A DNA stretch of 64,000 nucleotides from Candidatus Eiseniibacteriota bacterium (GCA_963783375.1 CAWANH010000028.1:64001-128000), one strand, 5' to 3'; positions 19,735 to 30,050 are shown, numbered from the stretch's first letter. Translations and numbers: made by a program. The notes: generated by a model from the sequence alone, not told the origin.

Positions 19735-20721
19735 ATGACACGCGTATTCAGCGGAATCCAGCCCACCGGATCGCTTCATCTCGGAAACTACCTGGGGGCC
19801 ATCAAGAACTGGGTGGCGCTCCAGGACCGGGACGACTTCGAGCGCATCTACTGCGTGGTGGACTACCACGCCATCACCGTCGAGTACGACGCCGGGCACC
19901 TGGCGGAGCGGACCCTGGGGATGGTCCGGGACCTCCTGGCCTGCGGTCTCGACCCCGAGCGGAGCGCCATCTTCGCCCAGTCCCAGGTTCCCGAGCACAC
20001 CGAGCTGGCCTGGATCTTTCAGGCCACCTCCACGTCCTACGGGGAACTCCAGCGGATGACCCAGTTCAAGTCGAAGACCGACCAGCAGGACTTCGTCACC
20101 GCCGGGCTCTTCACCTATCCGGTGCTCCAGGCCGCGGACATCCTGCTCTACGACGCCGCCCGGGTCCCGGTGGGCGAGGACCAGGTGCAGCACCTGGAGC
20201 TGTCGCGGGAGATCGGCCGGCGGTTCAACCAGCGGTTCGGCGAGACCTTCCCCGAGGTCCTGCCGCTCCTCACCAGCGCCCCCCGCATCCTGAGCTTCCG
20301 CGACCCGACCCAGAAGATGTCCAAGAGCGCGGGGGAGGGCCACTACCTGGCCCTGGACGGGACCGAGGACGAGGCACGCGGGATGATCAAGCGCGCGGTC
20401 ACCGACACCGGCCCGGCGGAAGCGGGGGTCATGAGCCCGGGAGTTCAGAACCTCTTCACCGTCCTCCGGGAACTGGGGCGAACCGAGGACCACGACCGGC
20501 TCATGGCCGACTACAAGGCGGGAAGCCTCCGTTACGTGGATCTCAAGGGCGCGGTCTCGGATGCGGTGTGGGAGACGGCGTCCGCCATCCAGGCCCGGAT
20601 GAAGGAGTTCCCCTCCGAGGTGGTGCGGGAGGTGATCCGGGAGGGGGCCGAGCGGGTCAGGCCGATAGCCAGGGCCAAGATCGCCGAAGTCCGGAAGCGG
20701 GTCGGCCTGCTCGAATTATAG
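19735..20721 (+). CDS. trpS: tryptophan--tRNA ligase
   Basis: FSGIQPTGSLHLGNYLGA, YPVLQAADIL, VPVGEDQ, KMSKS. Confidence 0.97.
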   Translation: MTRVFSGIQPTGSLHLGNYLGAIKNWVALQDRDDFERIYCVVDYHAITVEYDAGHLAERTLGMVRDLLACGLDPERSAIFAQSQVPEHTELAWIFQATSTSYGELQRMTQFKSKTDQQDFVTAGLFTYPVLQAADILLYDAARVPVGEDQVQHLELSREIGRRFNQRFGETFPEVLPLLTSAPRILSFRDPTQKMSKSAGEGHYLALDGTEDEARGMIKRAVTDTGPAEAGVMSPGVQNLFTVLRELGRTEDHDRLMADYKAGSLRYVDLKGAVSDAVWETASAIQARMKEFPSEVVREVIREGAERVRPIARAKIAEVRKRVGLLEL

Positions 20722-20782
20722 CGGGCCGCGCGCGGTCGGCCTGAAGCCCGGACGGATTCCATCGGCACGGGGACAAGAAACC

Positions 20783-20810
20783 GGAGGGGGAACCTCCAGG
20801 TCCCCCCTCC
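20783..20810. terminator. hairpin between convergent transcription units
   Basis: GGAGGGGG..CCCCCTCC inverted repeat downstream of trpS. Confidence 0.45.
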
Positions 20811-21092
20811 AGACCACTCGATCGTTCCTTGCATCGCACTCTGATTGTCTCTCAACCATCGAGCGTTCTCAGTCAAGTCGCGGAGCGACTCTTGGACCTC
20901 GGTGAATTGGAGCATCGCTCCCCGGTGAGAACCGTCGACCCGCCGGTCCGGTGACCCTGAACCACCCGACCCCTGAGGATCGCTCTCTCGATAGACTCGA
21001 GACTACGCATCGGGGGGCAATCGGGGAATCGGCTCACCCCTCAATATTAGATAAGATTTTTCCCTATGGTTGCAGGACACTTCCCCACCGGA

Positions 21093-21782
21093 TCAGCGGT
21101 CCTCGAGCACCCACTGGACCGCCCGATAGACCAACTCGTTGCCGTTTTTGAGGTTGAGCTTGGTCTTGATCTTCTGCCGGTGGGCGTCGACGGTCTTGAC
21201 GCTCAGATGGAGGTCCTGAGCGATCTCCCGGCTGGTCTTCCCCCCCCCGATGAGCTCGAAGATCTCGAGCTCCCGGTTGGTGAGCTGCTCCACCAGGGGA
21301 CCGCTGGACGGCGTCCCGAAGTTGGAAATCGAAGAGAGCACGCGCTCCATGCCTCCTTCGCTCAGCCGGATCTTCCCCTGGAGGACGGTGCGGATCGCGG
21401 CCAGGATCTGCTCGCCCCCCTCGGACTTGCAGACGTATCCGGAGGCCCCCGCCCGAAGGCTGCGTTCGGCGTACAGCCCTTCGGCGTGCATGGAACAGAC
21501 GAGCACCCGGCAGGACGGACGTTCCTGCCGGATCATGCGGATGAGATCCAATCCGGACATGTCGTCCAGGGAGATGTCCACCAGGGCCAGATCGGGTTCG
21601 AGCTCCTCCAGCATCTGAATGGCCTGGGACGCTTTGCCCGCCTCCCCACAGACCTCCAAATCGCTCTCCCGGCTGATGAGCTCGACCAGGCCCGTCCGCA
21701 CCACCGGGTGATCATCGACGATCAGGACCCGTCGGGGACGGTCGACCGGATCTCCCATTCGGGAACGGGGCATCTTGTTCAT
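21093..21782 (-). CDS. NarL/LuxR-family response regulator
   Basis: VLIVDDHPVV, DLALVDI, LTNRELEI..SVKTVDAHR. ATGA-coupled to the upstream kinase. Confidence 0.93.
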   Translation of the reverse strand: MNKMPRSRMGDPVDRPRRVLIVDDHPVVRTGLVELISRESDLEVCGEAGKASQAIQMLEELEPDLALVDISLDDMSGLDLIRMIRQERPSCRVLVCSMHAEGLYAERSLRAGASGYVCKSEGGEQILAAIRTVLQGKIRLSEGGMERVLSSISNFGTPSSGPLVEQLTNRELEIFELIGGGKTSREIAQDLHLSVKTVDAHRQKIKTKLNLKNGNELVYRAVQWVLEDR

Positions 21783-24700
21783 GCGGCGGCTCCCCCTCTC
21801 AAAGCACATCTGACGATGAGCCCGCCTCCGGGGGCGGATTCGAAGGTCAATGAGCCGCCGATCAGACCGGAGCGGTAACGCATGATCCTGATGCCCAGGC
21901 CCCTGGTCTCATCCGGCACCTCGAACTTCCCCGCACCGTCGTCGCGGACCTCCAGGACCAGATCGATTCCCTCGGCGGCCAGGGAGACCACGATCTCCGG
22001 CGCGCCGGAGTGCTTGACGGCGTTGTAGAGCGCTTCCTGCGCGATATAGAACAGATGCGTCGCGGTGAAGTTGTCCTCCACCAGAACCGGCCGGGCGCAC
22101 TCGAACCGGCAATTACTCCGGAAACTGCTGCGTAGCCGGGAAACGAGGTCATCCAGGGCGCTCATGAGGCCGGCGGCGTCGACCTCGACCGGCATGAGTC
22201 CCCGCGCCAGGTCGTGGACCTGCTGTTTGGCCTCGGTGAGACTGGCCGCCAGGCGCTGAGCCAGCACGGCCTCCGGTGGCAGGGCCTCCTTGATCCTCCG
22301 ATGCAGGGTCTCGGCCAGGAGAGCCGCGCCCACGATCTGCTGGGCCAGGGTATCGTGGAGTTCCTGGCCGAGCCTGCGATGTTCCTCCACCACCAGGTCG
22401 GCGGTCTGCCGCTCCAGCTCCTCCCGCTCGAGCTCTTTCCGCACCACCACCCGGCCGAGTTGGGTGCCGCACAGGGACGCGGTGTCGAGGAGAAGGGCGT
22501 CGGGTTCGGAGTCCCCGCGACTCAGGAACTTCAAGACCCCCACCCTCCGCCTACCGACCACGATGGGAACGGTGACCGCGCCTCGGATCCCCGCCCGGCG
22601 AAGCACGTCGGCCGGATACGTGGAAATCGCATCGAGGTCGGTGGTCCAGGTCGGACGCACCTCCTCCATCTCCTCCCCCAACGGCCCCCTATCCTTCCCC
22701 TTCCGGGGCTTGCGGGCCGCCGCGTGCATCTTCAAGGATTCCAATTCGGGCTCGCCGAACCACCACGCCCCGGAATCCTCGAGGACCAGCGGGTCCTTCA
22801 TCGAGTGGAGGTAGGCGTGACCCACCGGCCAGTCGAACCCGGCGCACATCTCCTTCAGTACGGCCGGGAATGCTTTCTGGATCGAATCGGCCTGGTTGGC
22901 GATCACCGCGATCCGGCCCAGGAGTTCCAGGTAATGGGTGCGTTCGTGAACCCTGGCATCGAGCTGTTCGTTCAGGGTCCGAAGGGCTTCTTCGGCCGCC
23001 TTGAGCTCGGTCATCTCGATGAAGGCGACGACCACGCCGTCGACCCGGTCCCCGCTGATCCGATAGGGAAGGACGCGGCGAATGTACCAACGACCATCCT
23101 CGCAGCGGATCTGGGATTCCAGCTGGACCCGGGTCTCCATGACCCGTCTCGCGTCCGCTTCCATGTTCGCACCGGCCGCCGGAAGGGAAAGCTCCCGGAT
23201 GGAACGGTGGAAATCGAGGGGCCGCAGGTGTAGGAATTCGCCCGCCGATTCGGTGAACCACTTGATGCACAAGGAGGGATCGAGAAAGACGGTGGGGATT
23301 CCGCTGCTGCTGATGAGGTTGGCCAGGTCGTTGTTGGCGGTCTCCAGGGCCACCACCTTCTCCTGGAGCTTCGAGTTGACGGCGGCCAGCTCGTCGATCA
23401 GCGACTGCAACTCCTCACCGGAGGTCTCCAGCTCCTCGTTGGTGGACTGGAGATCCTCGTTCATCGAGGTCATCTCCTCGTTGGCGGTCCGGAGTTCCTC
23501 GTTCGAGGTCTCGAGTTCCTCGACGCTGATCTGGAGTTCCGATCTGGCCTCGCGGAGCTGTTCCTCGAGGTGGTCGATTATGGCGATCTCGCCGGGGTCC
23601 GGGTCCATGGCGGGCAACGCGGCAATTCCCGCGGGCACCACTTCGCTGAAGGACACAAGGAGAAGTCCCTCGACCGAATTGGGAAGGGTCAACGGATCCA
23701 CAACGATCCGGAAGGCGTGCCCGCCGCCCTGGCCGGGAACCTCGAACGGGCCTCTGGCTATCGGCTTCCCGGTGCGCCTTGCCTTCAGGAGGGTCGCTCG
23801 AAGCTTGGGGTGAGTGGTCAACGGAGTCCAGGCGAACAGGTCGGTGGTCATCGCCCCTCGGGGGGGGGTCAGGTACGGGCTGGCGGCGCCGAAGGAGAAG
23901 AGGATCTCATCCCGGCCGTTCACCACCACGGACGGCGGAGCGAACCGGTTCAGGACCAGCTTCTTGATCGCCTCGACGAAGATGTCGTGATCGCGGCCCC
24001 TCAGCCCGTTGCGCAGCTGGCTTCGGGGGATCGGCGGTTTGGAAAAGCTTCGGAAATCCACATGACTCAGCCGGGTGGTCCCCACTTTCCGAAAGATCCG
24101 GTACCGCTTGGACAGCGGTTCGAACAGAGCCTCTCCCGTACTCGTGGTTTCGGCGTTCCCCAGGAAGAGGCAACCACCGGGCGAGAGGGAGTAGTGGAAG
24201 AGCCGAAGCAGCCGTTCCTGCGCCTCGGGCACCAGGTAAATGAGGAAGTTCCGGCAGGAAACCAGGTCCATGCGGGAAAACGGGGGATCGGAAAGGAGGT
24301 TCTGCTCCGCGAACACCACCTTCTCCCGAACCTCCCTCTTGATCCGGAAGCCTCCGTCGAACCTCGTGAACGAGCGGCTTCGGCGCGCGGGACTCACTTC
24401 AGCGGCTCTCACGACCGGATAGGTCCCGGGACGGGCGACGGCAAGCGCGTCCGCATCGACGTCCGAGGCGAAGATCTGGATGTCACATGGTGATTGGGCT
24501 TCCTTCCTCGCCTCCAGGAGGAGGATCGCCATGGTGTACGCCTCTTCCCCGGTGGCGCAGCCGGGGACCCAGACCCGCACCGTCTCCCCCTCCCCCCTCT
24601 CGCGCGCCAGGGGTAGGAGCACGTCCTGCTTCAAGGTCTTCCACGCCTCGGCGTCTCGAAAGAAACGGGTCACGCTGATCAGGAGGTCCCGGGCCAATGC

Positions 24701-25567
24701 GCTTCTCTCGGCCGGCTTGTCGGAAAGGAGGCGGACGTAGGCTTCAAGGCTATCGAGCTGGTGGAGGCCCATCCGGCGATGAATCCTGCGGAAAAGAGTG
24801 CTCCTCTTGTAGGCGCCGAAGTCGTAGTGGCTGCCGGTGTTCAGGACGTCCAGCACCGACTGCACACCCGAGGTGGCCTCGGGCCGGTCCAGGTCGAACG
24901 GTTCCTCGCCGCGGACGTAGGTGTGCCCGAGGTAGCGCAGAAGGTGCGCGGGCATGGCCTCCACGTCCAGAATCCTGTCCACCAGTCCGGTGGCCATCGC
25001 GGCCCGGGGCATGCCGTCGTAGGCCGCCTTTTCCGGGTCCTGGACCAGAACCAATCCCCCCTGGGCCTTCACGTCCCGGAGACCGCCGGTGCCGTCAGCG
25101 CCCGTTCCGGACAGGATCACCGCCACCGCCTTCTCCCCGACCGCGGCGGCCATGGAGCGGAAGAAGTAGTCGATGGGATGGCGGGCCTCCATCCGGTCCT
25201 TGGGCTTCCGGATGTGAAACCGGCCTTTCTTCAACGAGAGGAGCCGTCCCGGCGGGGCGACGTAGACCCGATCGGCCGCCGGAGTCTCGCCCTCCTCAAC
25301 CTGGCCCACGTGCATATCGGTTCGGCGGCCGAGGATCGAGGCAATCATGCTGTCCCGATCGGGGTCGAGATGCTGAATGACCACGAAGGCGGCGCCGGAC
25401 TGGGACGAAAGCGAGGAGAAGAACTTCTGGAGCTGTTCGAGGCCCCCGGCCGATGCACCCAGGGCGACGATCGGAACGACGGAATCCCCACGGTCCGTGC
25501 GCGACGCCGGCGCGGACTTGGGGGACCTGTCTGCTTTCGAACCGAGGCGGGTTTGCTGTTCTACCAT
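21779..25567 (-). CDS. CheB-CheR-PAS-GAF histidine kinase fusion (HisKA_3 type)
   Basis: CheB GASAGG/IQH/DG, CheR PGCATGEEAY/SCRNFLIY, coiled coil EELETSNEEL, ELHD H-box, QEALYNAVKH, DDG. Confidence 0.92.
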   Translation of the reverse strand: MVEQQTRLGSKADRSPKSAPASRTDRGDSVVPIVALGASAGGLEQLQKFFSSLSSQSGAAFVVIQHLDPDRDSMIASILGRRTDMHVGQVEEGETPAADRVYVAPPGRLLSLKKGRFHIRKPKDRMEARHPIDYFFRSMAAAVGEKAVAVILSGTGADGTGGLRDVKAQGGLVLVQDPEKAAYDGMPRAAMATGLVDRILDVEAMPAHLLRYLGHTYVRGEEPFDLDRPEATSGVQSVLDVLNTGSHYDFGAYKRSTLFRRIHRRMGLHQLDSLEAYVRLLSDKPAERSALARDLLISVTRFFRDAEAWKTLKQDVLLPLARERGEGETVRVWVPGCATGEEAYTMAILLLEARKEAQSPCDIQIFASDVDADALAVARPGTYPVVRAAEVSPARRSRSFTRFDGGFRIKREVREKVVFAEQNLLSDPPFSRMDLVSCRNFLIYLVPEAQERLLRLFHYSLSPGGCLFLGNAETTSTGEALFEPLSKRYRIFRKVGTTRLSHVDFRSFSKPPIPRSQLRNGLRGRDHDIFVEAIKKLVLNRFAPPSVVVNGRDEILFSFGAASPYLTPPRGAMTTDLFAWTPLTTHPKLRATLLKARRTGKPIARGPFEVPGQGGGHAFRIVVDPLTLPNSVEGLLLVSFSEVVPAGIAALPAMDPDPGEIAIIDHLEEQLREARSELQISVEELETSNEELRTANEEMTSMNEDLQSTNEELETSGEELQSLIDELAAVNSKLQEKVVALETANNDLANLISSSGIPTVFLDPSLCIKWFTESAGEFLHLRPLDFHRSIRELSLPAAGANMEADARRVMETRVQLESQIRCEDGRWYIRRVLPYRISGDRVDGVVVAFIEMTELKAAEEALRTLNEQLDARVHERTHYLELLGRIAVIANQADSIQKAFPAVLKEMCAGFDWPVGHAYLHSMKDPLVLEDSGAWWFGEPELESLKMHAAARKPRKGKDRGPLGEEMEEVRPTWTTDLDAISTYPADVLRRAGIRGAVTVPIVVGRRRVGVLKFLSRGDSEPDALLLDTASLCGTQLGRVVVRKELEREELERQTADLVVEEHRRLGQELHDTLAQQIVGAALLAETLHRRIKEALPPEAVLAQRLAASLTEAKQQVHDLARGLMPVEVDAAGLMSALDDLVSRLRSSFRSNCRFECARPVLVEDNFTATHLFYIAQEALYNAVKHSGAPEIVVSLAAEGIDLVLEVRDDGAGKFEVPDETRGLGIRIMRYRSGLIGGSLTFESAPGGGLIVRCALRGGAAA

Positions 25568-25830
25568 GTAGGCTACCCGGATCTTCCGTGTGCTCAGGTT
25601 TCAGGACCGATGAGCGCCCATCGCCAAGCTGAGACAGCGCCGGGTGACCAGGGGGCGGCGGTTCATCGGGGGGTGAAACCGTCCGGATTCGTCACCCCCG
25701 ACTCGTACCAAGATACATCAAATGCAAGACAATTCGAAGCGGCAATGTTCCGATAGGGAAACAGCGGGGGCCGAATCCGGGGCGGGGTGCCGGAAGGACA
25801 ACGAAGAGACGTGGTTGCCCGGCAACCGCT

Positions 25831-26853
25831 CTACCCCCCGGCGGCCACCCCGGGTTGCGCCCGCACCTCGGACCGGGGTTCGGCGACCCCTTCCCCGATG
25901 AGCGCCTCCGGCTCGACCAGGTCCCGCGGGAAGGCGGGCTCCTTCCCCAGCCGGTCGAGGCTCCGCACGACCCACTCCGGACGTCCCCAATCGCTCCAGC
26001 TCAGGCCCTCGAGACTGAACACCCCCAGGGCTTCCGGCGCCCGCTCCAGGACGTCGGTGCAAAAATTGGACGGAGCGGCCCGCCGGTAGACCCGGGCCAG
26101 GGCGGCTTCCTCCCGGAAGGTGCCCGCGGCGCGGGTGAGGTCCTCGAGGAGCGGCATGGCCCCGCGGAGAAACCGCCGTCCCAGATCCCAGTACGTCTCG
26201 AGACGGGCGGTGAGGATGAGCGTGTTCCAGAGCGCGCCCCGGGCCAGGAGCCCGCGCGCCTCGGGCCGGTCCGGCTTCTCCCGGAAGGCGCCCACCGAGC
26301 GAAAGCGCAGCCCGTCCCCGGCCCGGGATACGTCGATCCCGGGAAGGATCCAGCCGAACTCGGTCTCGGGACGGTCGGCGGGGGCACCGGCGATCAGGAC
26401 CCGGTCGGGCCGCCGGCGGGCCGCGGCGACGGCCCGCCGCATCAGGTCGGCGAACTGCGCCTCGGGGTGGACGAAGTGGTCCGAGGGATAGAGGGTCACC
26501 ACCGCCTCGGGATCCCGGGCCCGGATGAGGCTCAAGGCGGCATAGATCCCCAGCGAGGTGCCCCGGTCCACGGGCTGGGGAAGCAGGATGCCGGAGCCGC
26601 GGGCCTGGAACTGGTCGAGCGCCTCGGGAAGATGATGCCGGGCGATCACCGTGACCCGGCGCTCGGCCGCCGAGAGGGCGTCCGCGCGATCCAGGGTGTG
26701 TTGAAACATGGACCGTGATCCGGTGAAGCGACAATACTGTTTCGGGACCGGGCGCCCCATCCAGCGGAGCACCAGGGGCCTCATCCGCTTGCCCTCGCCG
26801 CCGGCGAGGACGATCGACCAGGCTCCGCCGGGTGAACCGGTCCCTGAATCCAT
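25831..26853 (-). CDS. sugar-phosphate nucleotidyltransferase (mannose-1-phosphate guanylyltransferase-like, no cupin domain)
   Basis: IVLAGGEGKR, PKQY, PSDH, FREKP, WSDWG. Confidence 0.85.
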   Translation of the reverse strand: MDSGTGSPGGAWSIVLAGGEGKRMRPLVLRWMGRPVPKQYCRFTGSRSMFQHTLDRADALSAAERRVTVIARHHLPEALDQFQARGSGILLPQPVDRGTSLGIYAALSLIRARDPEAVVTLYPSDHFVHPEAQFADLMRRAVAAARRRPDRVLIAGAPADRPETEFGWILPGIDVSRAGDGLRFRSVGAFREKPDRPEARGLLARGALWNTLILTARLETYWDLGRRFLRGAMPLLEDLTRAAGTFREEAALARVYRRAAPSNFCTDVLERAPEALGVFSLEGLSWSDWGRPEWVVRSLDRLGKEPAFPRDLVEPEALIGEGVAEPRSEVRAQPGVAAGG

Positions 26854-27243
26854 GCCGCACCTCCTCCTCGGGCGGACCGCCGTCCCGAGCGCGCAATGAT
26901 TTGTTCAATCGAAGGAGATGAACCCATGACGGGGCGACGGCCGGGGAGGTTTGTCGCCCACCAGCAACGATACCGCTGCGGAGCCCCGGGGTTTCCCGAA
27001 TAGTTGTCCACGGCGTCGATTGTCACGTGCCCGTGCGCCTTCGCGGGAGACGGCCGCTTGCCAGGCGGCGCACCGGGGCCTCGTCAGGCGAAGCGGACAC
27101 CGGGAGCACGACCGGCCAGGTGGGAAGTCCGCCGAAATGCCCCCCCCCCTTGGACTTCGGCCCGGAGCCCGCCGGCCCGGTCTCCCCCCGGCCGCCGGTC
27201 CGGTTATCCTGTCCCCCGGGGACCGGTGCCTCCGATTCGGGAT

Positions 27244-27269
27244 TGAACGCCCGCGCCCCGCGAAGCGTC
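27244..27269 (+). promoter_or_regulatory. ECF-type promoter, probably autoregulatory
   Basis: TGAACG-16 nt-CGTC, 7 nt before ATG 27277. Confidence 0.6.
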
Positions 27270-27276
27270 TTAACCC

Positions 27277-27903
27277 ATGAGACGAGTAGGATCTCCTCAG
27301 GGGGGAGGCAGGTTGGATCCGATGAGCGACGCCGAGCTGGTGGCCTTGAGTCAACAGGGTAACCTGCAGGCTTTCAACGATTTGGCCCACAGGTGGGACG
27401 GGAGCCTCTTCCGCTTCGCGCGACGGTCCCTGGGCGACGACGAGGAGGCGCGGGACGTCTGCCAGGAGGCGCTCACCAAGGCCTACCTGAACATCGGGCG
27501 CCTCCGCGATCCGGCCAAGTTCAAGTCCTGGGTGCACCACATCGCCATGAACCTCTGCCGGGACCGGTTCCGCTCCCCCCGGCACCGGGCGGTGAAGGCC
27601 GGCTACGAGGAGGGCGAGGCGGGGGAGATGCAGATGGTGGAGGCCATGGGGCACGCGCAGACCGGGGAGCGGGAGGAACGGCGGGTGCTCATGGGCCGGC
27701 TCCTGGAGGGGGTGATGGAGCGGCTCCCCGAGGAGCAGAAGACGGCCATCCTCCTCCGGGAGTACCAGGGGTTCACCTCCGAGGAGATCGGAGAGATCAC
27801 CGGCGTCCCGGCCACCACCGTCCGGACCCGGATCTTCTACGGACTGAAGACGTTGCGAAAGGCCCTCAACGAACGGGGCATCACCTCCCTGGAGGGGCGG
27901 TGA
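27277..27903 (+). CDS. ECF RNA polymerase sigma factor
   Basis: SDAELV, ARDVCQEA, FKSWVHHIAMN, LPEEQK..EIGEI..TVRTRI. Start could instead be 27313 or 27322. Confidence 0.93.
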   Translation: MRRVGSPQGGGRLDPMSDAELVALSQQGNLQAFNDLAHRWDGSLFRFARRSLGDDEEARDVCQEALTKAYLNIGRLRDPAKFKSWVHHIAMNLCRDRFRSPRHRAVKAGYEEGEAGEMQMVEAMGHAQTGEREERRVLMGRLLEGVMERLPEEQKTAILLREYQGFTSEEIGEITGVPATTVRTRIFYGLKTLRKALNERGITSLEGR

Positions 27904-27913
27904 GGAGGTCGGA

Positions 27914-28771
27914 ATGATGAGCGAACAAGGACTCGATCCCCGCATTCAGAAGCTCATGGCTTCACTCTACGGCGAGCTCACCGAGGAGGAGGAGCGCGAG
28001 TTCCAGGCGGTCCTGGCCGGGGACGAGGCGTTGCGCGCGGAGTGGGACGAGCTTCACGCCGCCCGCGCCTTCCTCAAGGAGTGGGATGCGGCGGAGCCGG
28101 ACCGGAGCTTCGTGTTCGTGGAGCCCGCCGGAACCCCGGTGTCCGCCCCTCGAGGCGGCGGCAGCTGGACCGGGTTGCGGCGACGGCTGGCGGGCCTCTT
28201 TCCTCCCCCGGCTTGGGGATTCGCCGGGGCCACCGCGGCCCTGGTGGTGCTGATCTTCGCCGGCTTCCGGGTGGACCGGGTGGAGAACGGCCTGGCCTTC
28301 CGATTTGGATCCCCGACCGAGGTGTCGCGAACGGCGGAGATGGGATCGCCGGGCGGTACCCTCTCCGCTCCCGGAGACCCCACCGCGTACCCCAGGGTGG
28401 TGAGCCCCACCGGCGTGGGAGCCATCCCCGCCGCGGCGGCGGGGGGATACGTCACCCAGGATCAGCTCAACACCTACAACGCCCGGGTCCTGACCACCGT
28501 GTCCTCGCTCCTCGAGAACTTCGAGCAGAAGCGGAACGGCGAGCTGGCCTACGTGCTCCAGAGCTTCTACCAGGACCTCTCCAGCCGGCAGCTTCAGACC
28601 TACGACGAGCTTCGCGGCCAGATCCAAGGGGTCGGGCTGGGACTCATGGCCGAGCAGACCAAGGCGAACGCCCGCCTGGAAAGCTTGGTCGGCCGCACCG
28701 AGGCACCGCAAACCGTGCCCGTGAGTCAAAGTCCCGAAAACAGTCAGAGAGGTGGAAACGAAGATGAGTAG
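27914..28771 (+). CDS. putative membrane-anchored anti-sigma factor
   Basis: Follows the ECF sigma. N-terminal LYGELTEEEERE helix, one TM segment, C-terminal coiled coil. Confidence 0.75.
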   Translation: MMSEQGLDPRIQKLMASLYGELTEEEEREFQAVLAGDEALRAEWDELHAARAFLKEWDAAEPDRSFVFVEPAGTPVSAPRGGGSWTGLRRRLAGLFPPPAWGFAGATAALVVLIFAGFRVDRVENGLAFRFGSPTEVSRTAEMGSPGGTLSAPGDPTAYPRVVSPTGVGAIPAAAAGGYVTQDQLNTYNARVLTTVSSLLENFEQKRNGELAYVLQSFYQDLSSRQLQTYDELRGQIQGVGLGLMAEQTKANARLESLVGRTEAPQTVPVSQSPENSQRGGNEDE

Positions 28772-29453
28772 CGAACTTACCCGCGAGGGAACGCTCCGGG
28801 CCGCGGTTCTCCCGGTGCTGATCGCAACCTTTTTGGGTCTCGGCGCGTCGTATGTGGAGGGGGCCGAATCGCCGATTCCCGACCGGCTCAAGCGTCAGGT
28901 CGGGGTGATGGAGAAGATCCTGGACGAGGTCCTGGTGGACAGCCCCAACCTCCTGGTCTACTCCCAGGCCGCCGCTCGCGGCGTGTATCTGAAGGAGTTC
29001 GGCGTGGTCTTCACCCTGGAGGCCTCCCTGGTCGAGAAGGGCAAGAAGGGGCAGAACTGGATCTTCGGCGGCTACAGCGTCAAGGAAGAGAACGGAAAGA
29101 TCGTGGTCGAGCCGCCCTCCGACGACAAGGACAAGGACGGGGATGACGCAAAGAACCTCGTCCTCAACCTGAGGGACCTCCAGGAGAAGCAGACAAAGCG
29201 CGACAAGGACCTATACGAGCAGGGAAAGTCCGAGCTGGTGAACTGCCTCGTGGACTACGGGGAGACCCTGACCGCTCTCGACGACGGGCAGTATGTGGCG
29301 GTGGCCGCGTTCCTCAAGGACAGCGATTACTTCCTGGACAACCGGATCTCGCGGTTGGTGCTCAAGGCCAAGATGAGCGATCTCAGGGCCTACGGCGCCA
29401 AGCGCATCTCGCGGGAAGAAATGGAATCGCGGTTGGTCGAAGAGGAGTACTGA
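28764..29453 (+). CDS. hypothetical exported protein
   Basis: Overlaps the anti-sigma stop, signal peptide, typical high-GC codon usage. Confidence 0.75.
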   Translation: MSSELTREGTLRAAVLPVLIATFLGLGASYVEGAESPIPDRLKRQVGVMEKILDEVLVDSPNLLVYSQAAARGVYLKEFGVVFTLEASLVEKGKKGQNWIFGGYSVKEENGKIVVEPPSDDKDKDGDDAKNLVLNLRDLQEKQTKRDKDLYEQGKSELVNCLVDYGETLTALDDGQYVAVAAFLKDSDYFLDNRISRLVLKAKMSDLRAYGAKRISREEMESRLVEEEY

Positions 29454-29513
29454 CCGCGGGCCGGAGCGGCCCGCTCGGGTGTCGAATCCAGATGGGCTTT
29501 GGGGGGGCGTTCG

Positions 29514-29912
29514 ATGTTGCAAGGCACGCGGCGCATCGCCGCGGCGACTGTCCTGGCCTCGGTCCTGGTCCTCCTCTGGACCTCGGCCGAGGCCCGGACG
29601 CAGCCCGCGGATCTATCCCGAGAATCCCTCTTTCCCTTTACGATCCTCGCCCTTCCCGGGGACCCCTTCGCTCACGCCCAGCCCGTTCTCGGCCACGACG
29701 CAGCCGATGAAGCCGCCCCCGCCGCCTCCCGGGGCCGGTTCCGCGCTCCCGCCCCCGATTCCACCGAAGGGGCGCCGGAAGCCGGTAGCTCCGGCACGGG
29801 ACACACCACCGCCCGGCCGGCCGCCGGCTGGACGGGCGCGCTCGATCCCATCCTCTCCAAATCCCCCCGGTCATTCCTGTTCCCCTTCGGAGCCCCGCCG
29901 GACGCCGGTTGA
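29514..29912 (+). CDS. hypothetical exported low-complexity protein
   Basis: Signal peptide ending AEA, Ala/Pro-rich, ends FLFPFGAPPDAG. Confidence 0.45.
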   Translation: MLQGTRRIAAATVLASVLVLLWTSAEARTQPADLSRESLFPFTILALPGDPFAHAQPVLGHDAADEAAPAASRGRFRAPAPDSTEGAPEAGSSGTGHTTARPAAGWTGALDPILSKSPRSFLFPFGAPPDAG

Positions 29913-30050
29913 AAGTCTGTTTCCCCCTTCCTGAATCAAGGCGTCGCGAGTCCTTCCTGAACGATTGAGCGACGCCTGGCGCGCAACCAAGCGACGGGGC
30001 CTCGGGTCAAACGGCGTGTGGGCCGGGAGCCGATTCGGCGCCCGTCATCG

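Noticed and set aside
22418-22436. Short ELER duplication before the kinase H-box
   Set aside because: An in-frame coiled-coil slip with no evident significance.
26896-26910. FNR box or sigma54 promoter upstream of the nucleotidyltransferase
   Set aside because: ATGAT-N3-TTCAA has the wrong spacing for FNR and there is no GG at -24.
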